From: a virus
Lineage: Duplodnaviria; Heunggongvirae; Uroviricota; Caudoviricetes
Length of the DNA stretch: 8,307 nucleotides
Reading direction: 5' to 3' (one strand)
IMG/VR virus record: IMGVR_UViG_2740892234_000024
Below the pieces are notes generated by a model, which ran no database searches, was not told the DNA's origin, and saw only the letters and a program-made list of their open reading frames with translations. This document shows, one piece after another, positions 1 to 6,934 of the stretch. A program made the position numbers and the translations under genes. Every line of letters begins with the position of its first letter. Positions within the stretch are counted from its first letter, which is position 1.

Positions 1-579
1 TTAGCCGTTAAGTTTAACTGCCAGACCTGCGACATATTCCCCTTGATAACGAGCAATAGACAGTTCTTCCTGGCTTGGCTGGCGTGAGCCGTCACCGCCT
101 GCGATGGTGGTTGCGCCGTACGGCGTACCGCCGCGAACCTGTGAAACGTCAAATAATTCCTGCGCTGCGTAGCCAATGGGGACAATTACCATGCCGTGAT
201 GCGCAAGGGTCGTCCAGGTTGAAGTAATAGTTTGTTCCTGACCGCCGCCAGTACCGGTGGAACTAAAGACGCTCGCCAGTTTTCCGTATAGTGCGCCGGA
301 AGCCCACAGGCCGCCCGTCTGGTCGAGGAAGGTACGCATTTGACCGGACATGTTGCCAAAGCGGGTAGGTGTACCAAAAATAATGGCGTCGTAATCGGCC
401 AGTTCTTGCGGGGTTGCAACCGGTGCAGTTTGCGTTTTACCGCCTGCTTTTTCAAATAATTGCGGCGGCATGGTTTCCGGTACACGCTTAACGACAACTT
501 CTGCGCCATCGACTTTGCTTGCACCCTCAGCGACTGCGCGTGCCATCGTTTCAACATGTCTAAGGATATGGTTTATCAT
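1..579 (-). CDS. wrbA: NAD(P)H:quinone oxidoreductase WrbA, 3-prime portion with a phage-derived start; the native N-terminus is replaced by about 9 different codons (MINHILRHV, then [10 protein letters not shown]... onward matches WrbA as recalled)
   Basis: 192-aa ORF; from [38 protein letters not shown] to the C-terminal AVKLNG it matches E. coli WrbA as I recall it. TAA stop at 1-3. ATG at 579-577 overlaps the int stop (ATGA). Confidence 0.85.
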   Translation of the reverse strand: MINHILRHVETMARAVAEGASKVDGAEVVVKRVPETMPPQLFEKAGGKTQTAPVATPQELADYDAIIFGTPTRFGNMSGQMRTFLDQTGGLWASGALYGKLASVFSSTGTGGGQEQTITSTWTTLAHHGMVIVPIGYAAQELFDVSQVRGGTPYGATTIAGGDGSRQPSQEELSIARYQGEYVAGLAVKLNG

Positions 580-580
580 T
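540..580. other. Approximate prophage/chromosome junction (int-proximal att core) inside wrbA
   Basis: WrbA-like translation begins around the codons for ETMA (about nt 540-556); upstream codons diverge from native WrbA and run straight into the int stop. Exact core not determinable without the uninterrupted wrbA allele. Confidence 0.4.
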
Positions 581-1886
581 TTGAAAAATATAATTTTATT
601 TCATCCTCCTGGTCACTTTGGGGCACGTCTGGGGCACGGGCATTAAGGACATTATTCAACATGGCAACTTGAGTCACGCTGCACTCAGGCATCCATGCAC
701 CATAAACATTGTAGACCATGCTGGCGCTGGAGTGCCCCATCTGTGATGCAATAAATGTCGGGTTTGCTCCGGAAGATAAAGCCCAGCACGCATAGGTATG
801 GCGTGACTGATACGCTTTACGGGATCGGATACCCGCTCTTTTTATTGCTGAATCCCATGTCGCTCCGATGGAGCTTACCGCGTAGTTAATACCCGCCTTG
901 TGATTCTTGCGAACGATTTGCGGACAGAAAACAAAAGTGCACTCGTGCAAAATTGTTCTTCCGTACTCGCGTAATTGAACAGTGATCTGATGCTGCCTGC
1001 TAAGACGAGTAAGCATCGCCTGGTTTTTAAGTGCTTCAATTGCTGGTGCCAGAAGATGTATAACCCGGTTAGTGCCTGCGTCGGTCTTTGGTAGCGTAAA
1101 ATCACCTATTTTTGTAAAATTTCGTCGCACTGTTATCGTGCCAGCTTTCAGGTCGATATCCTCCCATGCAAGTGCGGCAATTTCACCGTGTCGCATCCCT
1201 GTAAAAACAGCCACTGTCCAGAGGTTTTTGGTCTGTTGATGATGGCAGGCATCAATGAGACGGCTAAACTCATCTCTGGTCAGTGGATCCGGCACTGGTT
1301 TTGATTTCCTCAGCGGTGTTATTGAATTAAACGGGTTTTTCTCCAGATACCCGTTTTCGGCGGCAAAGCTGAACATTCCGGCTGTTGTTGTCATGTAATA
1401 GTTCACTGTGGGTACGGTTCTTCCTTTTCGGGACGTGCTGGTTTTCCTGCTTCCCTTTTCCCCGGTCAGTAAATCTTTCCTGATAAACAGCAGATCTTCT
1501 TTTGTAATCGATGACGCCAGCCTGCCAGGACCAAGCCTCGGTAGCATATTTTTCATCACTGATTGATAACGATTTAAGGCGTTACTACCGATTTCCATTG
1601 CTTTCAGAGTAAGCCATTTCTGTGCCAGTTCACCGACGGTGATATCTTTTTTTACCAGGCCAAATAGCTTCAGGTTAGGTGAGTCAGGGAATCGATCGGC
1701 ATAATCAAACGTTCCTGTTCTGATTGCAAAGCAGACCGAAGCCCTTAACTCACCAGCGATCTTTCTGTTTTTCGGTGTATCGGGCACGCGAAGATTTTCG
1801 CGCACTCGTTTACCCCTGTACTTAAACGTTATTCGGAGTTTTCCTCCGTGATTTTCAACGCCGGCTGGATAGGCTGAATTCGCCAT
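576..1886 (-). CDS. int: Phage tyrosine integrase (site-specific recombinase)
   Basis: Long ORF next to the att junction with tyrosine-recombinase-type C-terminal region (...[15 protein letters not shown]..., ...[27 protein letters not shown]...). The track start at 1910 is a GTG; the ATG at 1886-1884 (MANSAYPAG...) is preceded by AGGAGG and is preferred. Confidence 0.85.
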   Translation of the reverse strand: MANSAYPAGVENHGGKLRITFKYRGKRVRENLRVPDTPKNRKIAGELRASVCFAIRTGTFDYADRFPDSPNLKLFGLVKKDITVGELAQKWLTLKAMEIGSNALNRYQSVMKNMLPRLGPGRLASSITKEDLLFIRKDLLTGEKGSRKTSTSRKGRTVPTVNYYMTTTAGMFSFAAENGYLEKNPFNSITPLRKSKPVPDPLTRDEFSRLIDACHHQQTKNLWTVAVFTGMRHGEIAALAWEDIDLKAGTITVRRNFTKIGDFTLPKTDAGTNRVIHLLAPAIEALKNQAMLTRLSRQHQITVQLREYGRTILHECTFVFCPQIVRKNHKAGINYAVSSIGATWDSAIKRAGIRSRKAYQSRHTYACWALSSGANPTFIASQMGHSSASMVYNVYGAWMPECSVTQVAMLNNVLNARAPDVPQSDQEDEIKLYFSK

Positions 1887-1938
1887 TGTTCCTCCTGCGT
1901 CCAAGAGCACGCTCAGGTTATACTCTTATGGACAAGAA

Positions 1939-2238
1939 TTAAACATCCTGAGATGGTAAGGGTTGGTTTTTGATCCAAGTGTTGATGGTAGGAAGATGAT
2001 AGAGACATTCGCTGTTTTTCTTTGGCGTTCCGTCGGGGGCGATTTGTTTATATTCTCTGCCGTTCATCCACGCACTGTCCCTGGCGCGTAATATTGTTCC
2101 TTTTCTCAGGCCTGTTACAGCCATTAAAAGCTCCAGTGTTACCCATTCATTCGCATTTATCTGTACAACAGGTGTGATGACTGGCTGAATGCCATGGTTA
2201 TGTTGGTTTACTAACTCGCGCATAAGTTGCCTCTGCAT
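1939..2238 (-). CDS. xis: Excisionase-like DNA-binding protein
   Basis: Small ORF immediately upstream of int; the segment EWVTLELLMAVTGLRKGTILRAR resembles the DNA-binding region of excisionase-family proteins. An internal ATG at 2223 has a better RBS (GAGG) than the ATG at 2238. Confidence 0.6.
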   Translation of the reverse strand: MQRQLMRELVNQHNHGIQPVITPVVQINANEWVTLELLMAVTGLRKGTILRARDSAWMNGREYKQIAPDGTPKKNSECLYHLPTINTWIKNQPLPSQDV

Positions 2239-2244
2239 GTGTAA

Positions 2245-2265
2245 GAAAAAACCGCCATCAGGCGG
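2245..2265 (-). terminator. Intrinsic-terminator-like hairpin for the leftward transcript
   Basis: Perfect 5-bp GC stem (ccgcc 2252-2256 / ggcgg 2261-2265, loop atca); on the minus strand it is followed by TTTTTT (plus 2246-2251). Sits 44 nt downstream of the stop at 2309. Confidence 0.35.
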
Positions 2266-2308
2266 CTTGGTGTTCTTTCAGTTCTTCAATTCGAATATTG
2301 GTTACGTC

Positions 2309-2620
2309 TTATTCGATGCGCACTCCTGGTATTTCGCCTTTTGATATTGCTAAGTCATAAATTTGCGCGGCACTATACCCATCTCGCATCCATGAATCTA
2401 AGGCGCGAACAGCCTCGCTACGCTTTTTATCTTCTCTCTCATTTTTGATATCAACGAGGACATCAACGCAATTAAGGCAAATGTGGATTTTGTCTTTACA
2501 TTCGATCATGGCGGCTTTGCCATGATTTCCGCCACACAGTGAGCATAAATCTTCAGGGTCTGGCTGGTATTTCTGTAACGTTAGAGGGTTGAATGTTGAA
2601 CAGGCCATAATCATCTCCAT
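2309..2620 (-). CDS. Hypothetical Cys-rich protein (putative zinc ribbon, CxxC...CxxC)
   Basis: ORF with CSLCGG ... CLNCV cysteine pairs. Three in-frame ATGs at 2620, 2614 and 2608; the 2608 start (MACSTF...) has the best-spaced GGAG. Confidence 0.55.
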   Translation of the reverse strand: MEMIMACSTFNPLTLQKYQPDPEDLCSLCGGNHGKAAMIECKDKIHICLNCVDVLVDIKNEREDKKRSEAVRALDSWMRDGYSAAQIYDLAISKGEIPGVRIE

Positions 2621-2627
2621 AAAACAA

Positions 2628-2645
2628 AACTCGCCGTAGCGAGTT
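2628..2645 (-). terminator. Terminator-like hairpin between the 94-aa and 103-aa genes
   Basis: 7-bp stem (aactcgc / gcgagtt, loop cgta) followed on the minus strand by TTGTTTT. Confidence 0.3.
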
Positions 2646-2679
2646 CAGATAAAAGAAATCCCCGCGAGTGCGAGGATTG

Positions 2680-2964
2680 TTATTCATTGCCGATATTCAC
2701 CTTTATCGCGAACACCTTTACCGGTTTATCTCCGAAGTGTGTATGTGTGATTGTCTTGATTTTATATCCGTCATACGGGACGTTAATTCTGCGGCTGGAG
2801 TCGTCGCGCTTCGGATATCCCTTTGTGATAATCAGGCGGTCATACTCCCGGAACATAATTCGCTTATTCCAGTAGTCATTACACAGGCGATACTCTTCTG
2901 TTTTCTCTCCGCGAATCATGGCATCGAAGTATTCACCTTTGACTGCAAGTTGCAGGTTAGCCAC
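2680..2964 (-). CDS. Small ASCH/DUF3850-like protein (PUA-like fold, recalled from family pattern)
   Basis: 94-aa ORF; GTG start at 2964 preceded by AGGAGG with 6-nt spacer. N-terminal pattern VKGEYFDAMIRGEKTEEYRL resembles ASCH-type domains. Confidence 0.55.
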   Translation of the reverse strand: MANLQLAVKGEYFDAMIRGEKTEEYRLCNDYWNKRIMFREYDRLIITKGYPKRDDSSRRINVPYDGYKIKTITHTHFGDKPVKVFAIKVNIGNE

Positions 2965-3241
2965 GACCTTCCTCCTTTGGCTTGTGAATTTGTATCGTCA
3001 TGCCGCTTTGAGTGGTGACTACAACGACAGAACCAGGCTGAAGGCTGTTAAGATTGAATGCTTCGTAAAATGAATCCAAGGCCAGTGCTTTTTTATTCTT
3101 TCGGTTCCACCAACGCCATCCCTTGCTACAGGCTACACTGACAATCCACTGTCCACTCCTATAAGCCAAATAAAACCAGATGAGCAAAACCTGAAGGAAT
3201 GCTATCCAGTCAATAATCGTATATTTCGCGAAGGAGTCCAT
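2957..3241 (-). CDS. Small membrane protein (one predicted transmembrane helix)
   Basis: ORF with hydrophobic stretch IIDWIAFLQVLLIWFYLAY; ATG at 3241-3239 overlaps the upstream stop (TGATG), AGGAGG upstream. The track start at 3244 is a TTG. Confidence 0.5.
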   Translation of the reverse strand: MDSFAKYTIIDWIAFLQVLLIWFYLAYRSGQWIVSVACSKGWRWWNRKNKKALALDSFYEAFNLNSLQPGSVVVVTTQSGMTIQIHKPKEEGRG

Positions 3242-3852
3242 CAATTAACCTCCTGCGGCGGTTCTGGTAGCGGCATCCAGTGGGTTACTCCATGCCATAT
3301 ACCAGTTAAGGTTTCAAACCTTGGCTCTCTGCCTTTCTGTGTCTTGGCATATTCATTCCTTGTATATACGCATTGTCTAACTGCATATTCATTCCATCCA
3401 ATAACTGTTTGTCTAATTTCTGGCATTCGCTCACTACAGCTTATCCAACCATCCGGAATTACCGGAGAGTTGCCAGCCTCATACGCCACACGCATCCAGT
3501 GCATAAGCGTTTCAGTGCTCACACATCCGCAATCAACGTCTATTTTTTCTTTTTGTTCTGACAACCATTCCTGGAATGACAGCTTGGCAGTCTGGCTTGC
3601 TGGCTCAATTCGTGGCAGGCCGATATATAGCGGTACATTTCCCGGATCCATCGAATTGTCGGGACAAATAAACGTGTTACAACCATATTTAACGAGCTCA
3701 ATTCCCGCGGTGTCGATAGTGGCGAATGGTTCAGCGGTCAATGCAGTCAACGCAATTTCATAAGCACGGCGCTCAATATTGTCCCGCACCCCCAGACTGC
3801 TGATATGTTCTTTAATTTCTTTAATTAGCTCTTTGTCGGTAATAGTGGTCAT
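3241..3852 (-). CDS. DUF551/Eaa-like phage protein
   Basis: 203-aa ORF ending in ...GIWHGVTHWMPLPEPPQEVN, the tail I associate with DUF551-type proteins of lambdoid early-left regions. Confidence 0.65.
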   Translation of the reverse strand: MTTITDKELIKEIKEHISSLGVRDNIERRAYEIALTALTAEPFATIDTAGIELVKYGCNTFICPDNSMDPGNVPLYIGLPRIEPASQTAKLSFQEWLSEQKEKIDVDCGCVSTETLMHWMRVAYEAGNSPVIPDGWISCSERMPEIRQTVIGWNEYAVRQCVYTRNEYAKTQKGREPRFETLTGIWHGVTHWMPLPEPPQEVN

Positions 3853-3854
3853 AG

Positions 3855-4046
3855 CTATTTCACCTTAATCTCAACATTTCGCAGCTTTAGCTCTACTGGC
3901 ATGTCTGACTTTCCTGTTAATGCTAATGCGAGATTTTCTGGAGTAATGAGAGCAGTTATTGTTTTCCCCATCGCCAGACGAATAATCATTCGTATCTCGC
4001 GATCGTCACATGCTCCCGGTCGAACAATTGAGATTTGTCCGTTCAT
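3855..4046 (-). CDS. Hypothetical 63-aa protein
   Basis: ORF whose ATG follows the conserved junction sequence GGAGAGTGAGATG that supplies its RBS; no family recognised. Confidence 0.5.
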   Translation of the reverse strand: MNGQISIVRPGACDDREIRMIIRLAMGKTITALITPENLALALTGKSDMPVELKLRNVEIKVK

Positions 4047-4047
4047 C

Positions 4048-4071
4048 TCACTCTCCTTTGATGCGAATGCC
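4048..4071. repeat. 24-bp gene-junction repeat tcactctcctttgatgcgaatgcc, copy 1 (identical copy at 5965-5988; degenerate relative near 4543-4568)
   Basis: Exact 24-bp identity read directly. On the minus strand it encodes the tail GIRIKGE plus TGA and contains the GGAGAG RBS for the next gene. Confidence 0.9.
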
Positions 4072-4539
4072 AGCGGTACTCATTCTCCTGATTTCCCAGA
4101 GCACACGAGGAATACCACCGTTTCCGACCGGATCGCGTTTACTCCGCAGGGCGACGCTTGATTCCGCCCAGCTTTTTCTTGGAGGAAGCTCTTTCACACG
4201 AACAAAACCAGCTGCGCGAAGAGATGCTCCTGATTCATCTGCCTGGGTGTACGTAATACAACGTTGATAACCCATAGCTTTTGCTGCCCGCCAGACAGCA
4301 CCATAAAGCGCGCTGTTAGCGTTGCGTTCTCCTGTGGTACATGTGCGATTTACTTCAAGCGTTAATCCATCGTCCAAATGTCGTGCAACAGGTCGACCAG
4401 CTGTCGCCACACCTATCAATTCTCCGGCATTATTTCTCAGACCAATGCTGAATTTATGCCCCACTGGTGGTTTATTGTGTCGGTGGTGCTGTGCGATAAA
4501 TTCCTGCGCCGCTTTCAGCGTTATAGGTGAAATGACCAT
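4048..4539 (-). CDS. Conserved phage protein of unknown function (possibly GNAT-like fold) carrying an Ea22-type C-terminal tail (...GIRIKGE)
   Basis: About 163 aa; ATG at 4539 overlaps the upstream stop (the GTG at 4542 is the alternative). C-terminus matches the tail of the Ea22-like gene at 5965-6467. The fold guess is from loose motif resemblance only. Confidence 0.6.
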   Translation of the reverse strand: MVISPITLKAAQEFIAQHHRHNKPPVGHKFSIGLRNNAGELIGVATAGRPVARHLDDGLTLEVNRTCTTGERNANSALYGAVWRAAKAMGYQRCITYTQADESGASLRAAGFVRVKELPPRKSWAESSVALRSKRDPVGNGGIPRVLWEIRRMSTAGIRIKGE

Positions 4540-5132
4540 CACTCAGACTCCTCCTTGATGCCAGCGGCGCTTGCTGATTCTTCATATGCGCGTTTAGCAG
4601 CGTTAAGGATTGCTGCCAGTGGCGTATAGCCGCCATCCATTCGGATTGTGTTGTGGATGCCAGCCATTGTGTCGCGCAATTTGCTGTGGCTAGCAGACAG
4701 TTCTGCTATGCGCTTACTTCCATCCGCGATTACTCCCTCGTAATACTCGCGTTGCTCGTTGAGTTTTGATTTTGCTTCCTCAAGCTCAACACGCAGTTTC
4801 CCTACCGTTAGCGCAATATCCTCGTTCTCCTGGTCGCGGCGTTTGATGTATTGCTGGTTTCTTTCCAGCTCATCCAGCAGCGCCAAGACGGTAGCCGGAT
4901 TGGCTGCGGCGATGAATTCAGCATTGGCCTGCTGTTCCATTTGGAAATCTTCATCGAAACCGCTTTCAGGATGCGCTCCTTCAATTCTGCAAATGGGAAT
5001 ATATCCAGCAGCCTCGCGATGAATTAGTGCATCATCACCATCAAATCGGCTCTCTCCATATTCGAGAGACCACTCACCACACGTTGCTTTTTCTGCCTTT
5101 TCACGCAGTACCTGATAGTCAATCTTGCTCAC
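4539..5132 (-). CDS. Ea22-like family protein, paralog 1
   Basis: Coiled-coil core LLDELERNQQYIKRRDQENEDIALTVGKLRVELEEAKSKLNEQREYYEGVIADGSKRIAEL matches lambda Ea22 as recalled. Preferred start is GTG at 5132 (VSKIDYQVLRE...) with AGGAGG 6 nt upstream and GTGA overlap with the upstream stop; the ATG at 5165 is probably an over-extension. Confidence 0.7.
   Translation of the reverse strand: MSKIDYQVLREKAEKATCGEWSLEYGESRFDGDDALIHREAAGYIPICRIEGAHPESGFDEDFQMEQQANAEFIAAANPATVLALLDELERNQQYIKRRDQENEDIALTVGKLRVELEEAKSKLNEQREYYEGVIADGSKRIAELSASHSKLRDTMAGIHNTIRMDGGYTPLAAILNAAKRAYEESASAAGIKEESE
4778..4878. repeat. About 100-bp repeat, copy A (in Ea22-like paralog 1); copy B is at 6161-6262
   Basis: Direct comparison shows about 7 mismatches in 100 bp; encodes the shared coiled-coil segment. 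Copy B runs into the N-gap at 6263. Confidence 0.9.
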
Positions 5133-5963
5133 TGGTTTCCTCCTTTGCGAATCTGTTCCGCCCATTCTTCAAGGGATTTCTCCGCATATTCACCAGACAG
5201 GCCATCAATCGGATGCGCTTCATTAGCCAACTCTTCTTTCGCTGACAAAATCATGCGTGTAACGTCGAAAACTTCACGCAAAGACTTATTGATAAATCCG
5301 TGATTGAAAGCAGCAGCAAGACGGCTTGCGGTATAGTTAATACCCTCGTTGCGAGCCGCCGCACGAATTTCAGCCAGGAAAGCGTCGGTGGCTGGGGTTT
5401 CCGTGAAGTTGTCCTCCCAACCGTAGTACTCCTGACGACAGAAGTTATTAAATTCCTTCTCCGACTGTTTAAGCTCCGCATTCTCTGCCGCCAGCACCGA
5501 AAACTTCTCGTGTGCCAACTTAACAGCCGCATCAGCCTGCTTAATTNNNNNNNNNNCCGGGTTCTTTAATGTGCAAGCGAGGCTCACCATCTTTTGGCTC
5601 AGGCCACTGGCGCTCCATGTTGATCTTCAATTTATCTTCCATAGCAGCGGTAATTTCAGCATCGCTGATGCCAGCACGGCGCTGTGCATCCCACAACAGA
5701 AACTGCATATCAGCCCACTCGCTAAGATCGTCTGGTTCGGCTGCGGCTTCCAGTGCCTCTTTTGAGAGATGTTTCAGCGGACCAATGGGGCCAACGCAGC
5801 CAAATGTGGAGTCAGACCATTTGGCATGCTCGTGGCGAATCTGTTCGCGTTCCAGTGATGCCAGTGCAATTCGTGCCAGTTCCATTTGTTCGCCACGAGT
5901 AAGTCCGTTATCAAGCGGATTTTTAATGAATAATTTGATACGTTCTTTGGTTATAGCGCTCAT
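5129..5963 (-). CDS. MazG-like NTP pyrophosphohydrolase domain protein (DUF550-type dATP/dGTP pyrophosphohydrolase-like), interrupted by the N-gap at 5547-5556
   Basis: N-terminal part (5557-5963) has the all-alpha MazG-type acidic pattern (EALEAAAE ... EWADMQFLLWDAQRRAGISDAEITAAMEDKLKINMERQW). The C-terminal part (5129-5546) continues after the gap in a shifted frame. Start ATG at 5963 follows GGAGAGTGATATG. Confidence 0.55.
5547..5556. other. Assembly gap (10 N) inside the MazG-like gene
   Basis: Run of N; reading frames on the two sides differ, so the true gap length is unknown. Confidence 0.95.
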
Positions 5964-5964
5964 A

Positions 5965-5988
5965 TCACTCTCCTTTGATGCGAATGCC
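5965..5988. repeat. 24-bp gene-junction repeat, copy 2
   Basis: Identical to 4048-4071. Confidence 0.9.
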
Positions 5989-6467
5989 TGTTGCAATGCT
6001 GTTTATGATGCTGTCAGTGCATGGGGTAGAAAGCTGGGCATCTCCAGCAATTCTCATGACCTCAACATCTGCATATCGAATACCGAGGTGTATCAGACCG
6101 GCTATACCTGACTTAAGCCGAGCATTTTCCATAAACAGATCCTTTGCACGCTGTTTTTCTGCCTCAAGCTCAACGCGCAACTTCCCTACCGTTAACGCAA
6201 TATCCTCGTTCTCTTGGTCGCGGCGTTTGATGTATTGCTGGTTTCTTTCCCGTTCATCCAGCNNNNNNNNNNTTGGTCTTCGGCCAGCTCCGCTAAATTA
6301 GCCTCCAGTTCGGCTATGCGTTCGTTTAATGCATCTCGTTCATCCAGTAGCGCCAGCACAACCTGAGGTGTGACTTTCATACGAAATGCCAGCAATTTTT
6401 GAGGCGTTGCTACTGTTTCAATTGCTACTGCCGCCTCACGCAGTGCCTGAGAGTTAATTTCGCTCAC
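5965..6467 (-). CDS. Ea22-like family protein, paralog 2, interrupted by the N-gap at 6263-6272
   Basis: N-terminus MSEINSQALREAA..., coiled-coil segment and C-terminal ...GIRIKGE all match lambda Ea22 as recalled. ATG at 6467 overlaps the TraR-like stop (ATGA). Confidence 0.7.
6161..6262. repeat. About 100-bp repeat, copy B (in Ea22-like paralog 2)
   Basis: See copy A at 4778-4878. Confidence 0.9.
6263..6272. other. Assembly gap (10 N) inside Ea22-like paralog 2
   Basis: Run of N placed at the edge of a roughly 100-bp repeat shared with paralog 1. Confidence 0.95.
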
Positions 6468-6685
6468 TTCGAACCTCTCTGTTTACTGATAAGCTCCAGA
6501 TCCTCCTGGCAACTTGCACAAGTCCGACAACCCTGAACGGCCAGGCGTCTTCGTTCATCTATCGGATCGCCACACTCACAACAATGAGTGGCAGATATAG
6601 CCTGGTGGTTCAGGCGGCGCATTTTTATTGCTGTGTTGCGCTGTAATTCTTCAATTTCTGATGCTGAATCAATGATGTCTGCCAT
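6464..6685 (-). CDS. TraR/DksA-family C4 zinc-finger protein
   Basis: 73-aa ORF with CCECGDPIDERRRLAVQGCRTCASCQ (CxxC-x17-CxxC), the DksA/TraR-type zinc finger. Confidence 0.75.
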   Translation of the reverse strand: MADIIDSASEIEELQRNTAIKMRRLNHQAISATHCCECGDPIDERRRLAVQGCRTCASCQEDLELISKQRGSK

Positions 6686-6728
6686 CTTTCATTAATCCCT
6701 GAATTGTTGGTTAATACGCTTGAGGGTG

Positions 6729-6738
6729 NNNNNNNNNN
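6729..6738. other. Assembly gap (10 N) between the two copies of the TraR-like 5-prime region
   Basis: Run of N flanked by near-identical 188-bp sequences. Confidence 0.95.
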
Positions 6739-6884
6739 ACCAGGCGTCTTCGTTCATCTATGGGATCGCCACACTCACAACAATGAGTGGCGGATATAGT
6801 CTGGTAGTTCAGACGACGCATTTTTATTGCTGTATTGCGCTGTAATTCTTCAATTTCTGATGCTGAATCAATGATGTCCGCCAT
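6739..6884 (-). pseudogene. Partial second copy of the TraR-like gene (N-terminal 48 codons, cut off by the gap)
   Basis: ATG at 6884-6882 opens a frame encoding MADIIDSASEIEELQRNTAIKMRRLN... that runs into the N-run. Confidence 0.5.
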
Positions 6885-6934
6885 CTTTCATTAATCCCTG
6901 AATTGTTGGTTAATACGCTTGAGGGTGAATGCGA

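Larger units (their letters stand above)
6541..6927. repeat. Two near-identical 188-bp units in tandem (6541-6728 and 6740-6927, period 199 bp) covering the 5-prime part of the TraR-like gene plus 43 bp upstream
   Basis: Base-by-base comparison shows about 8 substitutions in 188 bp (for example tcgg/tggg, gcagat/gcggat, gtgttg/gtattg); the units are separated only by the N-run. Confidence 0.9.

Noticed and set aside
186-557. 123-aa minus-strand ORF inside wrbA
   Set aside because: Alternative frame within the WrbA coding sequence; the WrbA frame is the one with the recognisable protein.
875-1105. 76-aa minus-strand ORF inside int
   Set aside because: Alternative frame embedded in the integrase gene; no support.
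1887-1910. Track-extended integrase N-terminus (MLLDAGGT)
   Set aside because: The codon at 1910 is GTG with no RBS; the ATG at 1886 has AGGAGG upstream.
2657-2678. Second possible hairpin (aatcc ... ggatt) after the ASCH-like gene
   Set aside because: Only a 5-bp stem with a 12-nt loop; too weak to call.
2668-3018. 116-aa plus-strand ORF (and the nested 2687-2875 ORF)
   Set aside because: Antisense to the ASCH-like and membrane-protein genes, which have good RBSs and coupling; no independent support.
3344-3763. 139-aa plus-strand ORF (and 3373-3561)
   Set aside because: Antisense to the DUF551-type gene; no start context or recognisable domain.
5133-5165. Track-extended Ea22-like N-terminus starting at ATG 5165
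   Set aside because: It would overlap the upstream gene by 37 nt; the GTG at 5132 has a near-ideal RBS, GTGA coupling and yields the Ea22-type N-terminus.
5251-5532. 93-aa minus-strand ORF overlapping the MazG-like gene
   Set aside because: Out-of-frame overlap with the longer coherent ORF; Arg/Ser-rich low-complexity translation.
5569-6111. 180-aa plus-strand ORF
   Set aside because: Lies antisense to the MazG-like and Ea22-like genes, has low-complexity Ser/Ala/Cys-rich composition, no RBS and no family resemblance; treated as a shadow ORF.
6541-6927. Possible CRISPR-like or satellite repeat
   Set aside because: Only two long units with coding content and an N-run between them; no short spacer/repeat periodicity anywhere in the window.
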